Below are positions 48,150 to 58,200 of a stretch of DNA of 64,000 bases, piece by piece. Within the stretch, counting starts at the first letter, position 1. The number at the start of each line of letters is the position of its first letter. The notes under the pieces are model-generated. The model saw only the letters and a program-made list of their open reading frames with translations, was not told the origin of the DNA and did not search any database. The translations under genes were made by a program, and so were the position numbers. Source of the stretch: Lachnospiraceae bacterium (GTDB lineage: Bacteria; Bacillota; Clostridia; Lachnospirales; Lachnospiraceae); assembly GCA_017518185.1 (NCBI GenBank), contig JAFWWB010000037.1:13486-77485 (forward strand). Reading direction: 5' to 3'.

Positions 48150-48178
48150 AAAAAAACCCGGACAATCCTTCCTGCCCG
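48150..48178 (-). terminator. Terminator-like hairpin immediately upstream of purL
   Basis: CGGGCAG-GAAGGA-TTGTCCG followed by GG and T7 on the minus strand. Confidence 0.55.
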
Positions 48179-48280
48179 CAGCGTCATCTTCCCTTTGTTT
48201 TGTGTCTGAACAGACATCCATCTTTTCGTATATCGTACCGCCCCGGATAAAACTTTACACTCCGGGGAAAAAAATTTCGC

Positions 48281-48739
48281 TTAAGGAACCGTCCAGAAAT
48301 CGATAAGCTCCTTCATGCGGCTCAGGGCATGCCAGTACACGCCGTTGGTCACCCCCTGGTTCCACACATAGCCCCTGGTGTTGCCTTTTATCACATAGTT
48401 GGAGAGCACTGCTCCCAGCTTGCCTATATCCACGATCTGTATGCTGTCAATGAATCTGTGCTCATCCTCAACGGAACGTATCCTGTACTGCCTGTAGACA
48501 TACATGTAATTCCTGTCCAGGAACTTTGTCTTCTTTACCGCCTTCACAAAGCCCAGCAGAGTGGAATCATATACCGGGAAGCTGATGGTGGTCTTCTCCC
48601 CGTCTCCGGGTTGGTAATTGTTCGTAAGGTCTTCTCCCTTTTTACTCTCCAGCCAGCCCAGATACCGGCACAGCAGCTCCACGTCCCCGCGGTACTGCTC
48701 TATGGTACGGCTGATGCTCTCTTTTGTATCCTGAACCAT
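48281..48739 (-). CDS. Hypothetical protein
   Basis: 152-aa ORF with an AGGAGG RBS, directly after the hybrid kinase. Confidence 0.75.
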   Translation of the reverse strand: MVQDTKESISRTIEQYRGDVELLCRYLGWLESKKGEDLTNNYQPGDGEKTTISFPVYDSTLLGFVKAVKKTKFLDRNYMYVYRQYRIRSVEDEHRFIDSIQIVDIGKLGAVLSNYVIKGNTRGYVWNQGVTNGVYWHALSRMKELIDFWTVP

Positions 48740-48749
48740 AGTACCTCCT

Positions 48750-50972
48750 TTAGTAAAGCGCTCTTACCAGCTCCAGTGCGTCGTCGTATTCAAAATCCTC
48801 CACCGCCCTTTTTGCCTCCAGCAGCTGCCTTCTTATGGCCGCGCCCAGAGGATAGGTCAGCAGGTTGTCTATCTTCCTTGCCGCCTCGGACTGTTCCAAA
48901 AGCTCAAGGCTTCCCATAAGCTCGTGGAGCATATAGGAGAATTCCTCCGCGGAAAGCTTCTCCTCCCTTATCTGGATTATCTCCTCACGGAGCATTCCGG
49001 CATCGTTCAGAGTACTCTTTATGTTATCCAGCATTTTCTCATACATGCTGACGAGGAATGAACCCTCGCTCTTTATGACCTGTACCTTACCGTCCCTGCC
49101 GGCGTATTCCTGGAGCCTGGCCAGCTCCGCCAGCTGTGTGGCGCCTATGCCTGCCATAAGCCCCTTCAGTGCGTGGACCTCAAATATGTAGCGGCTGTAG
49201 TTTTCCGTATCCAGGCAGTCCTTGATGCGCTGCACATGGGAGGAGCCGTCGTCATAAATGTATTTGAGGATCTGCAGATACCTGCCCTTGTTCCCGCCGT
49301 AGTTCTTAAGTCCGGCTTCAACATCAACGTTGGGTATCTCTATCACCACATCGCTGTAGTCCATCTCCTCCTCGGAGCGGTCCACATGGTGGATTATCTC
49401 CGGAGGCAGGAATTCCAGGAGCACCGCCTCCATGCTGCTTATGGAGATGGGTTTGGAGATATACTCCTGAAAACCGTGCTGCATGAACATCTCCCTGGTG
49501 CCGTTTATGGCGTTGGCCGTAACCGCTATCACCGGGATGTTCCTGATACCGTGCTCTTTATGGTTCCTTATGAGCTCCGTGGTCTCTATACCGTCCATAT
49601 CCGGCATCATCTGGTCCATCAGCACCATATGGTAGTTGTTCTTTTCCAGCTTTTCCAGGCACTCCTTGCCGCTTAAGGCCGTATCCACGCGCACCTGGTA
49701 CATGTTCAGTATGCCCTGGGCCACCTTTATGTTGGTGATATTATCATCCACCACCAGTATCTTTCCGAGGGGTGCTATGAAGCTTCCCTTCTCAGCCTCG
49801 GCGGGAGCGGTAGCCTTGAGATAATCGTAATTGCCTATGGGGGATGCATCCGCAACCTTCTGGTAGTAATGGAAGGAGAACACGCTGCCTATGCCGTAAA
49901 TGCTCTTGACGGATATCTTGCCTCCCATGCCTTCCACCAGCCGCTTGACTATGGCCAGTCCCAGTCCGGTGCCCTCTATGGTACGGTTCTTGATCATGTC
50001 CGCACGCTGGAAGCTGTCGAAAAGCGTGGGTATGCTCTCTTCCTTGATGCCGCTGCCGGTGTCCTCGATGGAGACCTTGATCAGCGCCATATCCGCATGG
50101 GGTTCCCAGTCCACGTTAAGTCTTATATAACCGCGGCTGGTATATTTTGCCGCATTGGTAAGTATATTGGTATAGATCTGCCGTATCTGGGTCTCATCCC
50201 CGGTGAAGACCGAGGGCATGCTCTCCTTCACATGCACGATGAGCTCCACGTTCTTGCCCTTCAGCCTCAGGACTATCATGTTGCTTATGTCCTTGATCAG
50301 CAGGCCCAGATTGTAATCCGTCTCCTGGCTCTCCAGCCGTCCCGTCTCTATCTTGGAGAAATCCAGTATACCGTTTATTATGGACAGCAGCGTGTTCCCG
50401 GCACTGCGGATGTTCCTCGCATTCTCCTCCACGTTGCTGTTTATGTTATCGCTGAGTATGAGCTCCGACATGCCTATGATCGCATTCATGGGAGTACGGA
50501 TCTCGTGGCTCATATTTGCCAGGAAGAGCGTCTTGGCCCTGTTGGCCTCCTCGGCCTCCTCCTTCAGCTCTATAAGGCTCCTTGTGGCCTCATGCTCATC
50601 GGTCTTGTCGGTGATCCTGATGGTCACACCCATGTAGGTCTGCTTTTCATAGAAGGGGATAACGCTTATCTCCTGCTGCCGGCCTTCGATCTCCAGTTCT
50701 TTTCCGTCATTATCCTTAAGCATCTCCAGGACTTCCGGACGTTTTCCGTCATCCGAAAGATCCGGGAACACCTGTCTCGCCTTTTCGTTGGCATATATCA
50801 GTTCTCCCCGCTCGTCCGTAACGATAAGACCGTCCCTTATGGTCTCGACTATACCGGACAGGGGAAGTCTGGAACGCCGCTTTATCACGGCCGCTGTGCC
50901 CGTGATCAGCGCAGTGAGTATGACGCCCGCTGCGAAAGCTATGACAGCTGTGATCAACATATCTGCTCCCAT
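48750..50972 (-). CDS. Hybrid sensor histidine kinase (TM-PAS-HisKA-HATPase-REC-Hpt)
   Basis: FLANMSHEIRTPMNAI, DTGSGI, GTGLGL, LVVDDN...LMDQMMP...ISKP, EVHALKG. Confidence 0.93.
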   Translation of the reverse strand: MGADMLITAVIAFAAGVILTALITGTAAVIKRRSRLPLSGIVETIRDGLIVTDERGELIYANEKARQVFPDLSDDGKRPEVLEMLKDNDGKELEIEGRQQEISVIPFYEKQTYMGVTIRITDKTDEHEATRSLIELKEEAEEANRAKTLFLANMSHEIRTPMNAIIGMSELILSDNINSNVEENARNIRSAGNTLLSIINGILDFSKIETGRLESQETDYNLGLLIKDISNMIVLRLKGKNVELIVHVKESMPSVFTGDETQIRQIYTNILTNAAKYTSRGYIRLNVDWEPHADMALIKVSIEDTGSGIKEESIPTLFDSFQRADMIKNRTIEGTGLGLAIVKRLVEGMGGKISVKSIYGIGSVFSFHYYQKVADASPIGNYDYLKATAPAEAEKGSFIAPLGKILVVDDNITNIKVAQGILNMYQVRVDTALSGKECLEKLEKNNYHMVLMDQMMPDMDGIETTELIRNHKEHGIRNIPVIAVTANAINGTREMFMQHGFQEYISKPISISSMEAVLLEFLPPEIIHHVDRSEEEMDYSDVVIEIPNVDVEAGLKNYGGNKGRYLQILKYIYDDGSSHVQRIKDCLDTENYSRYIFEVHALKGLMAGIGATQLAELARLQEYAGRDGKVQVIKSEGSFLVSMYEKMLDNIKSTLNDAGMLREEIIQIREEKLSAEEFSYMLHELMGSLELLEQSEAARKIDNLLTYPLGAAIRRQLLEAKRAVEDFEYDDALELVRALY

Positions 50973-51013
50973 AACTCTTAATTATATCCCAAAAGCCCTT
51001 AAAAGTACAGTCA

Positions 51014-51042
51014 TTGCAAAAAAGGGAAAAACAGGGTATAAT
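51014..51042 (+). promoter_or_regulatory. Sigma-70 promoter of the 6S-like RNA
   Basis: TTGCAA-17-TATAAT. Confidence 0.8.
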
Positions 51043-51049
51043 AAGGCAT

Positions 51050-51221
51050 ACGGATGTCATACAAGGTCTCTGTTTTTTGAGCCTACAGTACTTTAAACGG
51101 GATTCCTATATCGTCATGCGGATGTCAGGCCACAGCAAGTTTCGGTGGAAGGCAGAAGCATCGGCTGCGGTCGCCCACCTGGCGTAATGTCAGGAGTCAA
51201 TCTGCAGGGGCTGACATCCGT
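51050..51221 (+). ncRNA. ssrS: Probable 6S RNA
   Basis: 172-nt rod closed by ACGGATGTCA/TGACATCCGT; further arm pairing TCTCTG/CAGGGG and TTGA/TCAA; central bubble; own promoter and a trailing T run. Confidence 0.62.
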
Positions 51222-51231
51222 TTTTTACATT

Positions 51232-52128
51232 ATGATCAAAAAAGCTTACAGACAGATAAGTGATTTTCTTGAAACCATGCGGGACAACAACACCTCGACC
51301 TTCGCGGCTGGTGCCGCTTTTTTTGTGTTCCTGTCCATAATCCCCGTGATGATAATAGTCATCAGCATACTGCCCTATACCCGCATAAGCGGAGAGCTGC
51401 TCACCTCAGTATCCGCAGCCCTTCTGCCCTCCAGCGTGGCAGGCTTTCTGGCGGATATGCTCACTGAGTTCGAATCAAAGTCCGTTGCCGTCATCTCCCT
51501 TTCGGCCCTCACGGCCCTATGGATATCGGGAAAAGGAGTTTTTGCCCTCATAAACGGACTTAATGCGGTAAACCATGTGAAAGAGAGGAGACCCTGGGTG
51601 ATTCTGCGGCTCAGGGCAAGCGGGATGACCGTGATGCTGCTGGCACTGATGCTGGTCTCCCTTATAATACTGGTCCTTGGGAACATCCTTAACCGGCTGC
51701 TGACCCGTTTCATACCGGATTTTGCACTGGTCCTCCAGCTGCTCCTGCATTTCCGTTTTCTTTTTGTCTGGGCCTTCTTTACCTTTTTCTTCCAGCTTAT
51801 CTACTTTGTTCTGCCCAGCAAGCACATGATCTTTAAAGAACAGTTCCCCGGAGCCCTTTTCTCGGGCGTAGGCTGGTCGGTGTTCTCCTGGGGCTTTTCC
51901 CTCTATCTGGAATACTTTAACGCTTATTCCCTTTACGGCTCCCTGGCCACTGTTATCGTCGGCCTCATCTGGCTTTACTTCTGCATGTACATCCTTCTGA
52001 CCGGAGCCCAGATAAATATCTATTTCCAGCCCATGTTCAAGGCTATAGCCGAAGCCCGCCGGAAAAAGAGGGAATTGAAAAAGAACGGGAAAACTCCTTC
52101 CCTGGGAGAAAAGCAGGAAAGCGTCTGA
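51232..52128 (+). CDS. YihY/BrkB-family membrane protein
   Basis: AGAAFFVFLSIIP, ISGKGVFALINGLN, YGSLATVIVGLIWLY; start reassigned to 51232. Confidence 0.88.
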   Translation: MIKKAYRQISDFLETMRDNNTSTFAAGAAFFVFLSIIPVMIIVISILPYTRISGELLTSVSAALLPSSVAGFLADMLTEFESKSVAVISLSALTALWISGKGVFALINGLNAVNHVKERRPWVILRLRASGMTVMLLALMLVSLIILVLGNILNRLLTRFIPDFALVLQLLLHFRFLFVWAFFTFFFQLIYFVLPSKHMIFKEQFPGALFSGVGWSVFSWGFSLYLEYFNAYSLYGSLATVIVGLIWLYFCMYILLTGAQINIYFQPMFKAIAEARRKKRELKKNGKTPSLGEKQESV

Positions 52129-52137
52129 GCATCTTTC

Positions 52138-52488
52138 TCAGTTGAATCTGAATACCAGGAAATCCCCCAGGGCATCAGCCGCCCCGTTCAGCTCTCCTGC
52201 GGCCCTCTCCATCTCGTCAGCCAGATTATTCAGCTCCTCTGCGCTGCCTCCGCGTATGGAGGTCTGTGAGAAGTCCAGATCATCATACAGATCCTTCAGG
52301 GACCAGCCCGAAGCCCTGAGCTCGTCCTGAAGAGCCATGACCGCGTTCTTCAGTTCCTCTACACGGCGCACCGCAGCGGCTGCTTTTTCCTTACCTTCCC
52401 CGATGGCCGCCCTTATCTCACTCTCATCATGTCTGATACCCTGCTTCTCCTCATCCTTAAGAAGCTCATCGATCACTGCCTTATCCAT
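52138..52488 (-). CDS. Hypothetical acidic helical protein
   Basis: 116-aa ORF with a GGAGG RBS, downstream of larC. Confidence 0.6.
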   Translation of the reverse strand: MDKAVIDELLKDEEKQGIRHDESEIRAAIGEGKEKAAAAVRRVEELKNAVMALQDELRASGWSLKDLYDDLDFSQTSIRGGSAEELNNLADEMERAAGELNGAADALGDFLVFRFN

Positions 52489-52571
52489 TTATCTCTCCTC
52501 CGGATCATAATTTAATGCCGGTCTTCCGGACGCTTGTCCATACGACCGGCCTGTTTCCATATCTTCTGCAC

Positions 52572-53969
52572 TTATACGGAGCATCTTTCGGCAGCCGCTT
52601 TGACCGCTGCTGCGTATACTTCTCCGAAGCCGGCCCCCTTCTCTTGCGCCAAAGCCGCCACGCTTTCGTATTCAGGGTAGCATCTCTCCACACCGAAGCC
52701 GCTGCAGCGCTTGACCTTTATGCTGCCAAACTCAGTCTCCACAGAGTCTTCTCTTCTCTCAAGGACGCTCCGTTCCATCCTCTGTTTCCTTAATCCTATT
52801 GTCGTGGTCTCTCTGAAGATGATCCTCTCGATCTCATCCAGATGCCCGTCATCCGTTATCACGCTGAGCATTATTCCCGGCCTGTTCTTTTTCATATATA
52901 CCGGTGTATGGAACACATCCCTTGCCCCGGCTTCCATAAGCCGCTCCATTGCGTACGCCGCCTGCTCACCGCTGCAGTCATCTATATTGCATTCAAGCTT
53001 CCATATCGTATCGGAGTTTTTTTCTTCCTCAGTTTCGAAGAGCACGGCCCTGACTATGCTCGGGATCTCATAATTACGCTTTCCGGCGCCCATCCCCGTA
53101 CCCAGCACACTCATTGTTTCCGGCAGGATCTCAGAAGTCATTACCGCTGCCGCAAGGGCAGCTCCTGTAGGAGTTACCAGCTCTCCCTTCCTGGTACTTA
53201 CGGAAAGAGGCAGCCTGTGTGCCTCCGCTATGTTAAGCACCGCCGGCACCGGTACCGGCAGTATACCATGGGCACAGCGCACACTGCCGCAGCCTTCGCG
53301 TATGGATGGGATCACGACCCTGTCAACGTCAAGATCGTCAAAGCATACCGCTGCGGCGACTATATCCACTATTGAATCGATCGCCCCCACCTCATGGAAA
53401 TGAACGGTCTCCGGCGTAGCTCCGTGGGCCTTTGCCTCTGCCTCCGCCAGTATCCGGAAGGTCTTCAGCGCCAGGGCTCTTGCGCCCTCGGTCATGTCCA
53501 GCTTCTCTATTATGGCCGTGACCTCTTCCAGCCCCCTGTGCTCATGGTGGTGGTGATGTTCATGCCCGTGTTCATGCTCATGGTCATGCTCATGTTCGTG
53601 ATGATGATCATGCTCATGATGATGCTCATGCCCATTCTCTGTCATCCCGAGCGCAGTCGAGGGATCTTTCTCATGCCCGTCTTCATGCTCATGATGATGC
53701 TCATGGTCATGTATCTCCATCCGCTCATGACCATAAAGATATTCCATGTCATGATCGTGGTTCTCATGCTCTTTATCCGTGATCACATTGAAGTCGCAAC
53801 AGTCCAGCCCGCTCTTTTTAACCCTTGTTATCTCTACGGAAAAAGCCTTGTCCTCTATCCCGGCCAGCGCTCTTTCAAGCTTTTTCCTGTCGGCGCCAAG
53901 GTCCAGAAGTGCCGCCACGGTCATATCTCCGCTTATACCGCTCTCACACTGCAGATAGAGTCCTCTCAT
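52572..53969 (-). CDS. larC: Nickel-pincer cofactor biosynthesis nickel-insertion protein LarC
   Basis: SGISGDM, HFHEVGAIDSIVDI, GELVTPTGAA, ETTTIGLR, PEYES; His-rich linker. Confidence 0.95.
   Translation of the reverse strand: MRGLYLQCESGISGDMTVAALLDLGADRKKLERALAGIEDKAFSVEITRVKKSGLDCCDFNVITDKEHENHDHDMEYLYGHERMEIHDHEHHHEHEDGHEKDPSTALGMTENGHEHHHEHDHHHEHEHDHEHEHGHEHHHHHEHRGLEEVTAIIEKLDMTEGARALALKTFRILAEAEAKAHGATPETVHFHEVGAIDSIVDIVAAAVCFDDLDVDRVVIPSIREGCGSVRCAHGILPVPVPAVLNIAEAHRLPLSVSTRKGELVTPTGAALAAAVMTSEILPETMSVLGTGMGAGKRNYEIPSIVRAVLFETEEEKNSDTIWKLECNIDDCSGEQAAYAMERLMEAGARDVFHTPVYMKKNRPGIMLSVITDDGHLDEIERIIFRETTTIGLRKQRMERSVLERREDSVETEFGSIKVKRCSGFGVERCYPEYESVAALAQEKGAGFGEVYAAAVKAAAERCSV
53640..53667. 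repeat. 28-bp REP-like palindrome inserted inside larC
   Basis: TGTCATCCCGAGCGCAGTCGAGGGATCT matches the reverse complement of 62907-62934 at 27 of 28 positions; flanked by TTCTC on both sides. Confidence 0.9.
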
Positions 53970-54040
53970 AGCTTTCCTCCTTTTATGCTCCCCTGTTTTT
54001 TACTTACTTCTGTGCTTTTTTACTGAATTCATTTTTGCCT

Positions 54041-54355
54041 TCATGATGCCAGCCAGTAGCTGTCGTGGGCACATCTCCCATTCCCTGCCCGTATCATGGC
54101 CTCGTACTCCGCCGGGATCCCGTATGCCTTCAGGCTTTCATCCAGGCCCTGTCTGGAAAGCGGAGTTGCCCTGTAATAAAAGAAATTTTCTATCGTACGC
54201 TGACACACTTCATCCAGCATATCAAAGGGCAGCAGAGCCGGATCTATAACCTCCTTATAACACAGAACCCCGTTACTGAAAGCAAATTTCAATACAGGCC
54301 TGTCTTTTTTCATAAGAGTCCCGGCAAGATCCCCCAGTTCAAATCTTCCTTTCAT
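54041..54355 (-). CDS. Small protein resembling the N-terminal domain of clostridial HipA-like kinases
   Basis: LMKKDRPVLKF...FFYYRATPLSRQGL...GRCAHDSYWL; start reassigned to 54355 after GGAGG, overlapping the kinase stop. Confidence 0.65.
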   Translation of the reverse strand: MKGRFELGDLAGTLMKKDRPVLKFAFSNGVLCYKEVIDPALLPFDMLDEVCQRTIENFFYYRATPLSRQGLDESLKAYGIPAEYEAMIRAGNGRCAHDSYWLAS

Positions 54356-55145
54356 AAATCCTCCCCAGCTTTTCCGCGATATATCTGTACCATTCATACC
54401 CGTTCTCATTCGGAAAGAGCTTCCTGTCAAGATCCTTCCGTATCCCCGATACCACATATGCGATATCCTCTCTGCAGCCGATATCAGCCATCAGCTCCAG
54501 AGCCTTTAATCCGGTCACTCCCAGGGGCCTGAGCCTTATTGTTTCCGGATCTATCTCCTGAAGGCTCTTATCCTCATATATCCTTCCATGCTCAAAGAGC
54601 CCTAAGCCGAAGTCAAAAAGCGGCGCTGCGGAGTAGCTTCCGTCCTCATTGAAAGGTATCCCGAAATTATTATAATGCCTGTCCTCATTCAAAAGGAGCA
54701 GATCCGCCACAAACATCACCGTAAGATACGCAGTCAGGTCAATGCCGCAATGCTCCTCCGCGGTATTGATGATCTGCCATAGCCTCTCCTCCCCGTCTTT
54801 TGCATCCTCTGCGTAGATCCCGAAGCGCTCATATATCCTTGCCATGGAAAGCCACAGCTCATCATCGTGGCAGAAGTCATCGGAACGCACGGCATAAAGA
54901 TCCTTATCGGTCATCACGATCTCCTGATCCACGATCTTTACCCCGAGGGTATAGTCTTCCCGGAAGATCCTGCCGGACAGATGCTCTACCATGTAGTCCT
55001 TCCAGTATTTCCCCTCATAATAAAACGGTAGCTTTATGTAAGCCCGCTTTTCGTCGTCATAATACTTTTCCTGCTCGCCTTTCGAGCTTCCGTTTATATC
55101 CAGCCTCCGAAGCTCTCTTAAGCTTATGACCTTTTTATCTTCCAT
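54339..55145 (-). CDS. HipA/CtkA-like Ser/Thr kinase, C-terminal domain only
   Basis: SSKGEQEK, YIKL, VEHL, DLLLLNEDRHYNNFG, APLFDFGLGLF. Confidence 0.85.
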   Translation of the reverse strand: MEDKKVISLRELRRLDINGSSKGEQEKYYDDEKRAYIKLPFYYEGKYWKDYMVEHLSGRIFREDYTLGVKIVDQEIVMTDKDLYAVRSDDFCHDDELWLSMARIYERFGIYAEDAKDGEERLWQIINTAEEHCGIDLTAYLTVMFVADLLLLNEDRHYNNFGIPFNEDGSYSAAPLFDFGLGLFEHGRIYEDKSLQEIDPETIRLRPLGVTGLKALELMADIGCREDIAYVVSGIRKDLDRKLFPNENGYEWYRYIAEKLGRIYERKI

Positions 55146-55188
55146 GCCACGTATTCTATCAGATTAAACCTGGAACTTCAAGGCGACA

Positions 55189-55220
55189 GAAAAACCCGCC
55201 CGCATTTCTGCGGACGGGTC
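55189..55220 (-). terminator. Intrinsic terminator after the large surface protein
   Basis: ACCCGTCCGCA-GAAA-TGCGGGCGGGT then TTTT on the minus strand. Confidence 0.85.
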
Positions 55221-55249
55221 TTTGATTACAAGGGATTCTGTTGCGGATC

Positions 55250-58200
55250 TTACTTAGCCGCAGTCACCACCACATTGATGGTCACGGTCTTGCCGTTTAT
55301 CTTTGCTGTAAGCTTTGTCTTTCCTGCTGCCTTTGCTATAAGGGTGCCGTCCTCATCCACAAAAGCGAAATCGGGTTTGCTGCTCTTGAACACCACTGCC
55401 TGATCGACAGACGCAAACTGAAGCTCAAGAGTGCTGCCTGTCGTGATCTCTGCAGTGTACTTATTGGCGCCCCTTGCTGCCTTAAGCACATCGCCTGTCT
55501 CCAGAGAGATGTCCTCTGCGATGAGCTCTACGGTCTGAACCTCTGCTCCGTTCTCGGAAGCGGTGAGCTTTACGGTTCCGGCTTTCTTCGCGGTGACCTT
55601 GTTCTTTATGCAGGGTGCCGCCGTATCATCCTCGCTGCTCCATACCGCCCTCTTTGCGCCGGTAACGCTCAGCTTCTTATGTCCATCAAGGTTCAGGTGC
55701 AGGGTGCGCTCCTTCGGTGCCACCTTTTCCTTTACGGTAACGGTACAGGTATAAGCCTTGCCGTTGATGTAGCAGCTTATCTTTGCCTTACCCTTTGCCA
55801 CTGCGGTCACGTTACCATCCTGGTCTACCGTAGCCACATCGGGTGAAGCACTGTACCAGTACCTGCTCGCAAGACCGGCATCTATTGTGCGCACTATCTC
55901 ATGTGTCGGCATAGTATCCGCGTTCTCAATGGTCAAAGTCCACTTCTTTTCAACCGCAGGTGTGCTCACATGCACCTTAAGCTGGCGTTCACCGAGGTAT
56001 ATTATAGCCTCGCCGTTCTTCTTGGCCTTGAAAACACCCTTCTTGCTGATGCTGACGATCTTTTTGCTTTCCTTGTCGGTACTCTTGACTGTCCAGCCGT
56101 CAGCTATAATGAACTTCTGTCCCTTAACTAACCAGATCTCCTCAGTATCATCATCGATCTCCGGCGTATTGTTAAGTGCAGATCCGGCTGTAACCGGTCC
56201 GGCTTTCTTCACCCACTTTGCAAAGATCGTCACATCACCGGTCACGGGGGTGTCGAAGTCATATACCGATGTGCCTTCCGCATCCACATACCATCCTGCG
56301 AACTCAAAGCCTGCCTTCACGGGATCGTTTGCGGGTCTGGTTACCTTGCTTCCGTCAGGAATATGGTAATCGGTAGGGATGTCTCCGGTACCGCCCTGAA
56401 GGTCAAAGCTGACCAGGCTTCCGGCACCTGCCGCCGACCATCTGGCATATATCACCGTATCGGCAGTGATAGGCGCATCAAAATCAAATTCCACATCACC
56501 TGCTGCGGTAGTGCACCATGCGATGAATTCAACACCGGCTGCGGTGGGATCGGTAGCAGGCCTTGTTGCCTTCTGTCCTTCGGCAACTGACTGTTCCTTG
56601 GGCACTGTTGCAGGATCTGCGGTCACGGTGCCAAGGTTAAACGAAACTGTGAATGTTGCAGCATCTTTCCATCCGGCATACAGAGTAAGATCCTTTGTTA
56701 CAGCTGTTGTGAACACATATTCATTCTCACAGCTCTCCTCGGTATACCAGCCTGTAAATACCAGGCCCTCCTTAGTGGGATCGGCAGGCTTTTCGACAGT
56801 GCTTCCTTTTTCTACCTTCGCTGAAGCGGGAACAGGCGTACCGCCCATTGCATTATAGCTGACCGTAAAGTATTCCTTTGCTGTCTCGCTTCCGATCTTT
56901 ACATGCTTAACGTTCTGATCGTTGCTGTCGGAAATATAAGTATAATGATATACTCCCTTCTGTACGCTTTTCATTTTTCCGTCTGCGGGTTCCAGGATAC
57001 TCATTCCTGTTGCCAGAACGATATCACCTTTAGCGCAGAGCACCGTACCTGTCGTAGTGTTCACTTCCAGCGTACCGCTGTTGACAGAGATGGAGCCGTT
57101 CGACCGGCATACAGTCGTCGTATCACTCAAACCGGTATTCTCATTTTCAATACTGATATCTCCGTCGGATATTATCACGCTCGCTTCTATGCCGCCGGTG
57201 GTCCCGGTGCTTATCTGCAGGCTGCCCTTCAGAGTGAGTTTACCGTTCTGAACAAAGATGTAATGATCAGCACCCGACCCTCCGTCGGTAAATGCTGTTC
57301 CGCTTCCGCCGTCGATGGTCAGATCACCCTTTGCGTAGATGACAGCGCTTCCCCAGGTATCATCCGTATGAATACCGCTAAAGCTCAGGGCAGGAGGTGT
57401 AAAGCTCAGGGTCTTTGTAGCAGGATCATAAGCGACGCCATAATCCCCGATATTTCCCTTATTCGCCTCGGTAACAGGTACACCGCCTACCCAGAGATCA
57501 TAGGCTTTGGCAGTAGTCTCTTCTATTGTAACAGCCGTGGCAGGCTTTCCGCTTCCGTTAAGCACGGTCGTGTACCCGGCGGATGTCCCGATCTCTCCTT
57601 CCGTGCTGCCGTCGATCTGCGTTATTGAGCTTAAGCTGTCTTCAGGAAACACTATAGCTTTCCGCGCCTGCACAGCCTCATAACTGCCCGAAAGATCAGC
57701 TTTACCCGCATGGAACACTATCTCGCCTGCCGAAAGGCCAATACCGTATTTACCGTCACCAATAAGTGAAAGAGTACCGCCATAGACATATACATTGCCT
57801 AATGTGGACAGACCCTTTCCGTTGTCGCTAAAAGCTGTTGCTGCTATGCTGCCCCCGTAAAGATCAACATCCTTATCACAGACGATGCCGCTGTAGCTAT
57901 TTTCTGACTTGTCAGTACTGGATGCCGATATCTTAGCCGTCGTTGCGGGCTCTTCCTCGGAAATCTCCTCTGATCCGACCTCTAGAGCCCCCGAAAGCTG
58001 GATAGCATGCTTCTGGGCAGTCACATAAACCTCAGTTCCCCCATCTGCTTTGAGACCTGCGGCGATAATGCCCATATTCGTGCAGTCCGTTATATTGATC
58101 TCACCGCCGTGAACTTCGATATTTCCGCTTTTGATACCGTAATCCACACCGGTTACGCTGAATTTTGCCTTCTCAAAGAAAAGCTCCGTATCCTTATCAT

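Noticed and set aside
48120-48280. Purine, ZTP or PRPP riboswitch upstream of purL
   Set aside because: None of the consensus aptamer motifs could be found; only a terminator-like hairpin, explicable by the upstream gene
15452-50981. Long antisense ORFs in the track (e.g. 15452-16426, 17152-18498, 20946-22754, 34377-35315, 46267-47691, 49869-50981)
   Set aside because: They are shadow frames of well-supported genes in GC-rich DNA, with no motifs or RBS
52138-52488. 116-aa helical ORF as a WXG100/ESAT-6 protein
   Set aside because: No central W-x-G motif (GWSL) and no type VII secretion genes in the window
53530-53780. His-rich linker of LarC as novel
   Set aside because: His-rich nickel-binding linkers are a known LarC feature; only the inserted repeat is unusual
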